A stretch of DNA of 28,763 bases from Verrucomicrobia bacterium UBA3869 (GTDB lineage Bacteria > Verrucomicrobiota > Verrucomicrobiia > Opitutales > UBA9783). Position 1 is the stretch's first letter. Every line of letters starts with the position of its first letter. The stretch spans positions 1 through 28,763 of the forward strand of contig DGGR01000001.1 in assembly GCA_002392285.1 (NCBI GenBank), in the 5' to 3' direction. The position numbers were made by a program, and so were the translations under genes. Below the pieces are notes generated by a model. The model made no database searches, was not told the DNA's origin, and saw only the letters and a list, made by a program, of their open reading frames with translations. Below, one piece after another: positions 9,211-17,887 of the stretch.

Positions 9211-9975
9211 ATGAATTCAGTACCCTTAGCAGAGATTGTTAATTTTTTGGATACGACCCTTCAGGTAAAGGAGGTTATTGATTACCCAAACGCATGCAAT
9301 GGGTTGCAGTTGGCTAATCGTGGAACCGTAACGCGCATTGCAGGAGCAGTGGATGCGAACATACACAGCATCCAATCGGCGATTAAGAATGGAGCGGATT
9401 TGTTGGTTGTCCATCATGGCCTTACATGGGGTGGGGTTCAAATCATCGTTGGCCCTTGGTATGATTTGTATTGTTCCGCGATTGAGGCGAATTTAGCTAT
9501 TTATAGTGCGCATTTGCCCTTGGATAGTCATCCGCAGTACAGCCATAATGTTGGCATTGCTAAAGCGTTAGGTTTATCGATTACAGGCACCTTTGCTCCT
9601 TATCATGGCCGTTCCTATGGGATTATTTGTCCTGGGCTTGAGCGGGATGAATTAGAGCAGCGTTTACAGAAGGTGTTTCCTAGGTCTTTGCGGCCTATCT
9701 GCTATGGTTCGGAAGCCCCAAGGTCGATTGGTATTTTAAGCGGTAGTGGCGGACAAACGCTTTTCTTAGAGGCGTTGGTTGCAGCGGGTGTTGATACGTT
9801 GGTAACAGGCGAAGTGCATTATTCAGCCGTGAGTTTTGCGCAATTGCATCATTTAAACCTATTTTGTTGTGGGCATTATGCAACGGAATCCTTTGGGGTT
9901 CACAGCTTAATGGCCTTATTGCAAACACACACGCAGTTACCCTGCACCTTTCTTGAGGATTTTTCGCCTTTTTAA
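9211..9975 (+). CDS. Nif3-like dinuclear metal centre protein (YbgI/GCH1 type 2 family)
   Basis: 254 aa with DLLVVHHG and GHYATE metal-ligand motifs. It is the only gene here with a clear GGGAGG ribosome-binding site (9199-9204). Confidence 0.85.
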   Translation: MNSVPLAEIVNFLDTTLQVKEVIDYPNACNGLQLANRGTVTRIAGAVDANIHSIQSAIKNGADLLVVHHGLTWGGVQIIVGPWYDLYCSAIEANLAIYSAHLPLDSHPQYSHNVGIAKALGLSITGTFAPYHGRSYGIICPGLERDELEQRLQKVFPRSLRPICYGSEAPRSIGILSGSGGQTLFLEALVAAGVDTLVTGEVHYSAVSFAQLHHLNLFCCGHYATESFGVHSLMALLQTHTQLPCTFLEDFSPF

Positions 9976-9996
9976 TGATCAAGGCATTGAGTGATT

Positions 9997-10749
9997 ATGG
10001 CTTCGTATAGTATTGCAATTCCGGCTCGTTTAGCATCCACGCGCTTGCCGGGGAAAATGTTAGCTCTGTTGGGAGGGAAACCGGTTGTCCAGTGGGTCAT
10101 TGAACGAGCGTTGAAGGTTAGAAATTGTCAGGCTGTGTATGTGCTGACCGATAGCGAATCCGTTGTTCAGTTGGCTCAATCGTTAGGAGCCACTGGGCTT
10201 ATGACTGACCCCAATTGCCGTTGCGGAACGGAACGGATTGCATCAGCCTTGGATCGTATTAAGGGTGATTGGGTGATCAACGTGCAGGGAGACGAGCCCT
10301 TTGCGGATACTCAGTTTTTGGAGCAGATGATCGACCATATCCCATCGATTGATGCGGATCTTTTAACGCCGGTTTATCGGTTAAGTGCCTTGGATGATAT
10401 CCAAAATCCGAATATTGTTAAGGTTGTGTGTGATGCAAAGCAATGCGCGCTGTATTTTTCGCGAAGCCCCATCCCTTACGTACGAGATGCCGATCCATCG
10501 CAATGGTTGACCCGCAGTACCTTCTGGGGACATTGTGGCGTTTACGCTTACCGACGGGATGTTTTGCAAGCTTATACGCACTTAGCACCCCATCCATTAG
10601 AACAAGCGGAATCGTTGGAACAATTGCGTTTTATCGCTAATGGCTATCGCATAGCCACGTTGGAAACCAAAGGACGTTCGATTGCCATTGATACAGCGGC
10701 GGATTTAGCATTGGCTGAACGCTGGATTCAGACGCATCCAATGGTATAA
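9997..10749 (+). CDS. kdsB: 3-deoxy-manno-octulosonate cytidylyltransferase (CMP-Kdo synthetase)
   Basis: IAIPARLASTRLPGK and NVQGDEP motifs. An alternative GTG start is at 9991. Confidence 0.9.
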   Translation: MASYSIAIPARLASTRLPGKMLALLGGKPVVQWVIERALKVRNCQAVYVLTDSESVVQLAQSLGATGLMTDPNCRCGTERIASALDRIKGDWVINVQGDEPFADTQFLEQMIDHIPSIDADLLTPVYRLSALDDIQNPNIVKVVCDAKQCALYFSRSPIPYVRDADPSQWLTRSTFWGHCGVYAYRRDVLQAYTHLAPHPLEQAESLEQLRFIANGYRIATLETKGRSIAIDTAADLALAERWIQTHPMV

Positions 10750-10808
10750 TGTTTTTGGCCTTTGCTTGATGGAATTAGACTTTGCTTTAGGGAAGTCCCT
10801 TAAAAAGC

Positions 10809-10836
10809 TTGACTTATTGTTAATGACGTGTATAAT
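10809..10836 (+). promoter_or_regulatory. Near-consensus sigma70-type promoter
   Basis: TTGACT (10809-10814), a 16-bp spacer, then TATAAT (10831-10836). No ORF follows it. Confidence 0.5.
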
Positions 10837-10842
10837 ACTTTT

Positions 10843-10958
10843 ATTATATAAAAGCATTCATTTACTTCTCATAATATATTTTATCATAAAAAACATAAAT
10901 AGCAAGTAAAAAATGCTTGTATTTCGGCCTTTGAAAAATAAGGCCGTTTTCTTTTTTT
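10843..10958 (+). ncRNA. Candidate small RNA (about 115 nt) defined by a promoter and a terminator
   Basis: It runs from the predicted TSS about 7 nt after TATAAT to the terminator T-tract. An internal interrupted stem pairs AAGCATT (10852-10858) with AATGCTT (10912-10918), and TTTACTT (10861-10867) with AAGTAAA (10904-10910). The only internal ATG opens a 6-codon ORF. Confidence 0.35.
10925..10958 (+). terminator. Rho-independent terminator
   Basis: CGGCCTT (10925-10931), loop TGAAAAAT, AAGGCCG (10940-10946), then TTTTCTTTTTTT. Confidence 0.7.
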
Positions 10959-10998
10959 GTCCTTGGTTCAATAAAAGGAGTTATCTGCTTATAACATT

Positions 10999-11100
10999 AA
11001 AAGCAACCAGGCACTCTACGGCACAAGTGTTTTTGACTACCGTTGCTGCATTCCTGCCCTGGCGGGGTTCACAAACCCACCTTGCATAGAACCCAGTTGC
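10999..11100 (-). ncRNA. ffs: Signal recognition particle RNA (small/4.5S type)
   Basis: The minus strand reads ...CCGCC-AGG-GCA-GGAA-UGC-AGCA-ACGG.... This matches the E. coli domain IV core AGG-UCC-GGAA-GGA-AGCA (C46 A47 G48 G49, GNRA tetraloop, A60 G61 C62 A63). The whole roughly 100-nt segment folds by hand into one long imperfect hairpin. For example, GCAACUGGG at the 5' end pairs with CCUGGUUGC at the 3' end. The hairpin is followed by UUUU. Confidence 0.75.
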
Positions 11101-11106
11101 AAAGTA

Positions 11107-11136
11107 ATCATAGCATCTGAGTGTTTGGTTAATCAA
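11107..11136 (-). promoter_or_regulatory. Putative ffs promoter
   Basis: On the minus strand: TTGATT (11136-11131), an 18-bp spacer, then TATGAT (11112-11107). The first base of the SRP hairpin lies 7 nt downstream of the -10 element. Confidence 0.5.
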
Positions 11137-11222
11137 GGACGAATTAAGGGTTAAAGCCTAAAAGTAATCGCTTTACTTTTGGGGTTGTCCATTGAGGTTA
11201 ATCTTCATTGTATAGAGACAGT

Positions 11223-12698
11223 ATGGATAAAACAGGTATTACTCCGACCCGTAAGGAAAATTATGCTGAATGGTATCAGCAGGTGATTCGCGCAGCTGAT
11301 TTAGCGGAAAACGCTCCCGTTCGTGGGTGTATGATTATTAAGCCCAATGGGTATCAATTGTGGGAAACGTTACAGCACAAGTTAGATCAAGCGTTTAAAG
11401 CAACAGGCCACGTTAATGCTTATTTTCCATTATTTATTCCGGTTCGCTTTTTGCAAAAAGAAGCAGAGCATGTAGCAGGGTTTGCAAAAGAGTGTGCTGT
11501 GGTTACCCATTCGCGTTTACAAGCTAACGAACAGGGGGTGTTGGAGCCTGCATCGCCGTTGGAAGAACCTTTGATTGTACGTCCTACGTCTGAAACCATC
11601 ATTGGAGAAGCTTTTTCGCGTTGGGTGCAATCGTATCGGGATTTACCCTTGTTGATCAATCAATGGGCTAATGTGGTACGTTGGGAAATGCGTACGCGTT
11701 TGTTCTTACGGACATCCGAATTTTTGTGGCAAGAAGGGCATACGGCTCATGCAACCGCTGAAGAAGCGCGCCAAGAAACCTTACGGATGCTCGAAATTTA
11801 TCGCAGGATTATTGAAGAAGATTTGGCAATTCCAGCGCTTGTGGGCGAAAAGACTGCCAGCGAACGTTTCCCGGGTGCCTTATCAACCTATACCTTGGAA
11901 GGCATGATGCAAGACCGCAAGGCGTTACAGTTGGGTACTTCGCACTTTTTAGGGCAAAATTTTGCTAAAGCGATGAACATTCAATTTGTGGATGTTGATG
12001 GCAAAGCTCAGTATGCATGGACAACATCCTGGGGAGTAACTACCCGTCTCATTGGATCCTTGGTGATGGTGCATTCCGATGATGACGGCCTTGTGTTGCC
12101 TCCGAAAGTTGCCAATGTGCAGGCGGTTATTATGCCGATTATTCATGACGAAGCACAACGTGAGCAGATTGAGGCTTATTGCGACCAAGTGCAGCGCCAA
12201 TTGCAGGATAGGGGAAAGGGCCTAAGGATATCGCTTGATAAGCGTGCTATGCGGGGAGGCGAAAAACGGTGGCAGTGGATTAAACGCGGTGCGTGTTGCC
12301 TCATTGAGATTGGGATGAAAGAGATGGAATCGCAATCAGTAACGCTCAGTTGGCGGGATACCTTGCAACGCGAAACTTTGCCCTTAACGCAATGGGTAGC
12401 AACATTTGCGGATGGGTTGAAGGCCATGCAACAACGGCTGTTTGAGCGTGCGAAAAGCAATCGGGAACAATCGACCCAACGAATTTCAAGCGTAGCTGAT
12501 TTCTATCAATTTTTCCAAAATGATGGCGGTTTTGCCTTAGCTTATTGGTCAGAAGACCCGGAAACGGAAGAGAAAATTAAATCCGAATTGAAGGTAACGG
12601 TACGTTGTTTGCCGCAAGCGTTTGCATCGGAACGGGGAGCGTGCTTATTTACCAACAAGCCCGATTGTCCGTTGGCTGTATTTGCAAAGGCGTATTAA
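11223..12698 (+). CDS. proS: Prolyl-tRNA synthetase, archaeal/eukaryote-like class IIa type
   Basis: About 491 aa with no bacterial INS editing domain. It has VRPTSETIIG and the conserved C-terminal Tyr (...FAKAY*). I set the start at ATG 11223, since the ORF track opens at an upstream TTG. Confidence 0.93.
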   Translation: MDKTGITPTRKENYAEWYQQVIRAADLAENAPVRGCMIIKPNGYQLWETLQHKLDQAFKATGHVNAYFPLFIPVRFLQKEAEHVAGFAKECAVVTHSRLQANEQGVLEPASPLEEPLIVRPTSETIIGEAFSRWVQSYRDLPLLINQWANVVRWEMRTRLFLRTSEFLWQEGHTAHATAEEARQETLRMLEIYRRIIEEDLAIPALVGEKTASERFPGALSTYTLEGMMQDRKALQLGTSHFLGQNFAKAMNIQFVDVDGKAQYAWTTSWGVTTRLIGSLVMVHSDDDGLVLPPKVANVQAVIMPIIHDEAQREQIEAYCDQVQRQLQDRGKGLRISLDKRAMRGGEKRWQWIKRGACCLIEIGMKEMESQSVTLSWRDTLQRETLPLTQWVATFADGLKAMQQRLFERAKSNREQSTQRISSVADFYQFFQNDGGFALAYWSEDPETEEKIKSELKVTVRCLPQAFASERGACLFTNKPDCPLAVFAKAY

Positions 12699-14314
12699 TC
12701 TAACGCATGAATCCGCCGTGAATGCTTCGCGAAGTACTGTTGAAGCGTTAAACGGTGGATTTTTGCATTGTGGCGTACATCCACCGGAAACGCAGGATAA
12801 TAGCCGAAATGACGAATTCTTTCGGTGATGCTGTGCTGCTTTGCGAGCGTTCGTAGTTCTTGAAAAATGGAAGGCAGTTCACTTTTTGCGATACCAGGTT
12901 TCAGTTCAACAACGATGGCTGGTTGTATTCCGTTTTTGGTCTTATAGGCAATAAGAGCCGTCCGAAACACCCGAGGGTTGGTATTAAAGACCGCTTCGCA
13001 GCAGTCGGTATAGAAGGTTTGCGTGTCGGTGACCACCCGTTCGATTTTACGACCGCAGAACCACAACCGACCTTCGGTATCCATATAACCTACATCGCCC
13101 ATTCGGTGCCAAATTCTTCCTGAAGCATCCGGAACTTTGGCTTTTTGAGTAGCCTCAGGGTCATTAAGATAGCTTTGGCTAATGTAGGGCGCTGTAACTG
13201 TAATTTCTCCTATGGTTCCCAGCGGTAAGGATTCAGGGAGTACTTCAAAAGCGCTTTGGGTGATAGGGATAATCCGCACCTGTACATCGGGCATCGGATG
13301 TCCCACGCAGGTTCCATGCCCCTGAACCGTTCGTTGGTAGGTATTTTGAATAACCTCGGTTGCTGAAATGTACGCGATAGGAAGCGCTTCCGTTGCTCCA
13401 TAAGGTGTCAATACTTGGCCATTAGGGACAAGGGCCTGTGCCCGTTGCAAGAGCGTTGGATGAACCGGAGCGCCTGCCAAAAACAAACGCTTAACGGATG
13501 GAAATTGTAAATGTTGGGCTTCGCAATAATCTACAATTTTGGTCCATAAGCGCGGAGATCCAAAGCTGTGCGTTACTTGGTTGGCGATGATGGATTGAGC
13601 AATTTTTGCTGGATTTAAGGTACTGGGATGCGCCGGGTCCATCTCTGGAACAACGGTTGTGAGTCCCATAGCTGGATTGTAGAGAGAAAATACCGGCAGT
13701 AAGGGCAAATCTACTTCGCCTGGTTGAATACCGAACCCATGAATAAGGGCTTCCATCTGCGCATTAAAGGCGGCATAGGTATAGACAGCGCCCTTGGGAT
13801 GACCGGTTGAGCCTGATGTAAATAGAACAGCTGCTGTTCGGTTGTCATCCGCGTTGGGTTGCAAATGACAGGAAAAATCATGCGTTAACAGCCGTTTTTT
13901 AAAGGATTTTGACAGAAAAACGACGCTTGAGAAATGGATGCAGGGGCGTATGAGGTAATAGAGCAAGCGTGCTCGTTGGCAGCCGATGAGCCCATGGGGT
14001 TGGACGCGGCAAACGCAATGGAAAAAGTTTTTGAATCCCATGCCTGGGTCGATGACAACCGGAATGGCTCCAAGTCGTAACAGGGCAAAGACGGTAATCA
14101 GTAACGATTCACCGGGCGGCAAGAGCAAAACTATCTTTTTGCCAGCTGTTATTTGGTGCGTTAACAGATAGGTCGCTAATAAATCAACCGCGTGATCCAA
14201 TTCCTGAAATGTTTTTGTACGGTATTGTAACCCTTGGTTGTGTACAGGGCACTTTAAACCGATGGTATTCGGTTGTCGCTGGGCTACTTCGTGTAAGGCT
14301 TCAACAAGCTTCAT
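12695..14314 (-). CDS. ANL-superfamily adenylate-forming enzyme, OleC (beta-lactone synthetase)-like
   Basis: It has the AMP-binding motif LFTSGSTGHPKG, PYGATE, HRMGDVGYMDTEGRLWFCGRK and a C-terminal FPVDVRHNAKI. From memory, the last two resemble OleC-type enzymes. I set the start at MKLVEAL (14314), 2 nt after the alaS stop, but the ORF can also open at 14338. Confidence 0.8.
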   Translation of the reverse strand: MKLVEALHEVAQRQPNTIGLKCPVHNQGLQYRTKTFQELDHAVDLLATYLLTHQITAGKKIVLLLPPGESLLITVFALLRLGAIPVVIDPGMGFKNFFHCVCRVQPHGLIGCQRARLLYYLIRPCIHFSSVVFLSKSFKKRLLTHDFSCHLQPNADDNRTAAVLFTSGSTGHPKGAVYTYAAFNAQMEALIHGFGIQPGEVDLPLLPVFSLYNPAMGLTTVVPEMDPAHPSTLNPAKIAQSIIANQVTHSFGSPRLWTKIVDYCEAQHLQFPSVKRLFLAGAPVHPTLLQRAQALVPNGQVLTPYGATEALPIAYISATEVIQNTYQRTVQGHGTCVGHPMPDVQVRIIPITQSAFEVLPESLPLGTIGEITVTAPYISQSYLNDPEATQKAKVPDASGRIWHRMGDVGYMDTEGRLWFCGRKIERVVTDTQTFYTDCCEAVFNTNPRVFRTALIAYKTKNGIQPAIVVELKPGIAKSELPSIFQELRTLAKQHSITERIRHFGYYPAFPVDVRHNAKIHRLTLQQYFAKHSRRIHALD

Positions 14315-14316
14315 AA

Positions 14317-16956
14317 TTAGGATAGGATAGTTCCCCAATGCTGCTTAAATGCTGCTTCGGCTACACTGCAGGAAGCAAAATCGGGTTTTCCGCCGCCTTT
14401 ACTAGCGCAACGCGCTGCAAACGCTTGGATTTCCGCGCCTGCCTGCACCCCCTTGGCAATCGCAGCTTGTGAACAAAAGAGGAACACGGTGACTATAGAA
14501 CCCTCGTTGTCTTGGGTTGCCCCCCACAAAACATCAATATCGGGATGATTACCCAAATATGCCTTGCAAGCCTTGCGATAGGTATTCGGATCAATGACGT
14601 GCGCTTCCCATTGTATGTACCGTAAGCCATCGTGCGTGCTTTCCTTGAGACATTGCCCTCCGTGTGCTTGTAATGCTTTTTCTAAAAAGGTACCCTTTCT
14701 CCTGTCTTGTTTCAGCAACTTTTGATAGGCATCGCTTATTTTCCCTAAGGGCATGCTCAATTGCTGCTCTAACTGATGGACTTCATGTTCCAGCTCGCGA
14801 TAATATGCTAATGCTTTAGATCCGGTGATGGCTTCTATGCGTTTAATCCCTGACCCAATCGATTGACAACTGGTGATGTGAAAAACACCGATGAAGTTTG
14901 TTGATTGGACATGAGTACCCCCACAGAGTTCTTGAGACAGGATAGAACCGTTTGAGCCCTTGATGGTAACCATGCGTACCTTGTCCCCATATTTATCATC
15001 AAATTGATGGATGCAGGTGCTAGGAACTTGATCTTTGGCTAACTCTTCGAATTGTACAGGATCCCTACCGTAAATATAGTTATTACAGGTTAGTTCTATA
15101 TTAGTTAGTTGTGATGGATCAATAGAATAGGGATATGAAAAATCAAAACTTAGGCCTTCGGCGGTTATTTTTGAGCCCATTTGCTTTACAGCCGTTCCCA
15201 ACTCCTTGCGTAAAGCAGCATGGAGGAGGTGAGTGGCGGTATGATTGACGCTGCATGGAATTCGGTGGTACCGATCAACAGTTAAAGTCCACGGTCCCTT
15301 CAAGTCCTGTTTTGCTTTTAGTTCAAAAAAATGTTTCGTTGCTTCTGCGTCTAGTTCATGCAAAATCGCTTCATTTTGACGGATTGTGTTAACGATTTTT
15401 AGCTTATTATTACGGTCAAACGTTACGTCTCCTACATCCCCCGCTTGTCCCCCGCTCTCAGCATAAAAAGGGGTTTTGTCAAAAATGAGGTAGGTTTTAT
15501 CGCCGATCGTCACATCGTCCAAAAGCGTTGCTTGTTGGGGCATCAACCAGTGGTCGTATCCAATAAATTCAGTTTTAAGGTCAGTGAGTACCTTGGCTTG
15601 TACGATACTTTTGGTTGTATTGGTTTTGGAGCGTTGCCTTTGTTCGTTCATGCAGCGCTGGAAACCTTCGCTATCTACTGACCAGCTGCGTTCTTGTGCA
15701 ATGAATTGCGTTAGTTCAAAGGGAAAGCCGTAGGTATCGTATAACTTAAAGGCTTGTTCGCCGGTTACCCGTTGGGTGATGCCTTGTTGGTTGATATAAG
15801 CTAAGCCACGATCCAAAGCAGAGCTAAACTTGGATTCTTCCGTTTTAATAATGGACTGAATGTACGGATCGTCCGTAAAGCTTGACAGCGAGTTTTCAGG
15901 TATCCCTAGACGTTTGGCAAACAGCATAGCCCGTCGCAAGATGTGCCGGATGGTATACTCACGACCGGTGTTACCCGGATGAATGCGGTCGTTGATGGCC
16001 CAACAAGCGGCGCGCATGTGGTCGGCTAGAATACGGCAGGCGCAATCCTTGTTTTCTGCTTCGGTGCAGTGTTTGCGGTCGTTGGGTATTAAGCCTTGAT
16101 AGCGATACCCACACAAGGTGTTGATTTTAGTAAAATAGGGTGCAAACAAATCGCTGGCGTAATTAGATGGAAGCTTAGCAAAATCCGTGAAGTCGTTAGT
16201 TGAGGCTGTAATCCCTGCTAGGCGTTCCAAACCCATGCCGGTATCGACATAATGATTGTTCAATGGCGTAAGTGAGCCGTCGGGATTAGCATTGTATTGC
16301 ATGAACACCAAGTTCCACAATTCAATGCACCAAGGGCTTCCAGTATTAACCAGCGCGCGTCCTTTTTCTGAGTTTGGATCGGGCGAACAGTTGATGTGAA
16401 TTTCCGAGCAATGGCCGCACGGTCCCGTCTCTCCCATGCTCCAAAAGTTGTCCTTTTGGGAACCATAAACAATATGTAGGGCGGGATTTAGACCCTCCTT
16501 TTTTAATACATTGTCCCATAAGCGGTAGCTTTCTTCATCATAAGCACCGGGTTCGCCTTGATTGGGTTTGTAAACGGTGACAAACAAACGTTCTTTAGGG
16601 ATACCCCATACCTTGGTTAATAATTCCCAAGCCCATTCGATCGCTTCCTTTTTAAAGTAATCGCCAAATGACCAATTCCCGAGCATTTCAAATGCCGTGT
16701 GATGATAGCCGTCAAAGCCAACATCTTCCAAATCGTTATGCTTCCCACCTGCTCTTAAGCACCGTTGGCTTTTGACGATACGCGGATAAGGCGCAGTTTC
16801 TCCTAAGAAATAGGGCACAAATTCGTTCATGCCCGCGTTGGTAAATAACAAATTCGGCGAGGTGGGTAATAACGATGCACTGGGCAATACCTGATGGTTT
16901 TTGTCGGCAAAGAATTTTTCGAAACTGTCTCTGAAGTCTTTAGAAGTTACAGTCAT
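14317..16956 (-). CDS. alaS: Alanyl-tRNA synthetase
   Basis: 879 aa. It has FTNAGMNEF, the editing-domain motifs HTATHLLH and CGGTH, and a C-terminal C-Ala domain. Confidence 0.97.
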   Translation of the reverse strand: MTVTSKDFRDSFEKFFADKNHQVLPSASLLPTSPNLLFTNAGMNEFVPYFLGETAPYPRIVKSQRCLRAGGKHNDLEDVGFDGYHHTAFEMLGNWSFGDYFKKEAIEWAWELLTKVWGIPKERLFVTVYKPNQGEPGAYDEESYRLWDNVLKKEGLNPALHIVYGSQKDNFWSMGETGPCGHCSEIHINCSPDPNSEKGRALVNTGSPWCIELWNLVFMQYNANPDGSLTPLNNHYVDTGMGLERLAGITASTNDFTDFAKLPSNYASDLFAPYFTKINTLCGYRYQGLIPNDRKHCTEAENKDCACRILADHMRAACWAINDRIHPGNTGREYTIRHILRRAMLFAKRLGIPENSLSSFTDDPYIQSIIKTEESKFSSALDRGLAYINQQGITQRVTGEQAFKLYDTYGFPFELTQFIAQERSWSVDSEGFQRCMNEQRQRSKTNTTKSIVQAKVLTDLKTEFIGYDHWLMPQQATLLDDVTIGDKTYLIFDKTPFYAESGGQAGDVGDVTFDRNNKLKIVNTIRQNEAILHELDAEATKHFFELKAKQDLKGPWTLTVDRYHRIPCSVNHTATHLLHAALRKELGTAVKQMGSKITAEGLSFDFSYPYSIDPSQLTNIELTCNNYIYGRDPVQFEELAKDQVPSTCIHQFDDKYGDKVRMVTIKGSNGSILSQELCGGTHVQSTNFIGVFHITSCQSIGSGIKRIEAITGSKALAYYRELEHEVHQLEQQLSMPLGKISDAYQKLLKQDRRKGTFLEKALQAHGGQCLKESTHDGLRYIQWEAHVIDPNTYRKACKAYLGNHPDIDVLWGATQDNEGSIVTVFLFCSQAAIAKGVQAGAEIQAFAARCASKGGGKPDFASCSVAEAAFKQHWGTILS

Positions 16957-17008
16957 AATAATAACGACAACGAGGTTTAATGCTAAAGCTTAGCTGTTTT
17001 TTAAGGGC

Positions 17009-17887
17009 TTATCGATCCTTTTTATAACCAACCGCAACCCATTTAATTCCTGATCCGAAGCTGATGCGCTCCAAACCGCTGGAGGTCATCATCTGAGTAA
17101 TTTCGGCTTGTGAAAAGCGCTTTTCTAATGGGGTTCCAAAGGTATCCAGAGCGTTGGTACGGAGATCATAAAACGAGCGATGTTTGAAGCTGCTTAGGGG
17201 AATGTTGATGGAAATTCCTAGTTTTTCCAAGAGTAAGGATAGGCGTGAAATGGGCCAGTACACCAAGCAGGCAAGCGCATCAGTTACCCGAATTTTAACG
17301 GGGTGAGGGAGGCGGCAAATGAGATGCCGTAAGCCGTTGGCCACTTGGTCTAGGCAACGCCACCATAAAGGACGATAATCAAGTTTTGGGTATAGATATA
17401 ATAAAAAGGGAGCTCCAGGTTTTAATTTATCAACGCAGGTTTGCAGAGCTTTTTCGGTGTCGGGAATATGATGCAACACCCCTAAACAATAGCCAAAATC
17501 CTGCGATGCATTGGTGAGCGGCATGTCATTGATGGAGGTGTTAAAAAAGCGAACATTGGTGTCCGATTGTAATTTCCGTTGGGCTACTGCTAATGCTTTG
17601 GCTGCCGGATCAATGCAATTGAGCCGTTTAACCCTTGGTGCTACAAACGCAGCCCATCGTCCGGTCCCACAGCCTGCATCAAAACCTTCAGCATCTTGAG
17701 GTAATGCTTGCCAGGGAAAGTTGTTAAAAAAAACATTAAATTCTGCTTCCATGTCCGCTTTTGGACGTGCGTCACCTGTAAATGCTGCCCATTCATCACC
17801 AAAATGGCGGACGGTATTTACATCGGCATTGGACTGTTGGACTTCTCGTGGGGCATTCATAGGTGAGCTAAAAACGAGTCCCTTCAA
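17009..17887 (-). CDS. Class I SAM-dependent methyltransferase
   Basis: It has motif I FDAGCGTGRW and a post-I acidic residue, followed by LKPGAPFLL. An alternative start, MNAPREV at 17860, would remove the overlap with the upstream gene. Confidence 0.8.
   Translation of the reverse strand: MKGLVFSSPMNAPREVQQSNADVNTVRHFGDEWAAFTGDARPKADMEAEFNVFFNNFPWQALPQDAEGFDAGCGTGRWAAFVAPRVKRLNCIDPAAKALAVAQRKLQSDTNVRFFNTSINDMPLTNASQDFGYCLGVLHHIPDTEKALQTCVDKLKPGAPFLLYLYPKLDYRPLWWRCLDQVANGLRHLICRLPHPVKIRVTDALACLVYWPISRLSLLLEKLGISINIPLSSFKHRSFYDLRTNALDTFGTPLEKRFSQAEITQMMTSSGLERISFGSGIKWVAVGYKKDR

Noticed and set aside
11137-11222. Hairpin AAAAGTAA-TCGCT-TTACTTTT (11160-11180) upstream of proS as a T-box or attenuator, plus the 9-nt repeat AAAGTAATC (11101 and 11161)
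   Set aside because: The stem is almost all A:U and no T-box specifier or antiterminator sequence is visible. The leader is far too short for a T-box, and the repeat is short enough to arise by chance in AT-rich DNA.
12695-12698. Convergent proS and OleC-like genes share overlapping stop codons (TTAA)
   Set aside because: This is real in the sequence, but it is a common result of tight gene packing. I mention it under the OleC-like finding rather than on its own.
16985-17005. Hairpin GCTAA-AGC-TTAGC followed by TGTTTTTT between the methyltransferase gene and alaS
   Set aside because: The T-tract is on the plus strand while both flanking genes are on the minus strand. The stem is only 5 bp, so this is not a convincing terminator.
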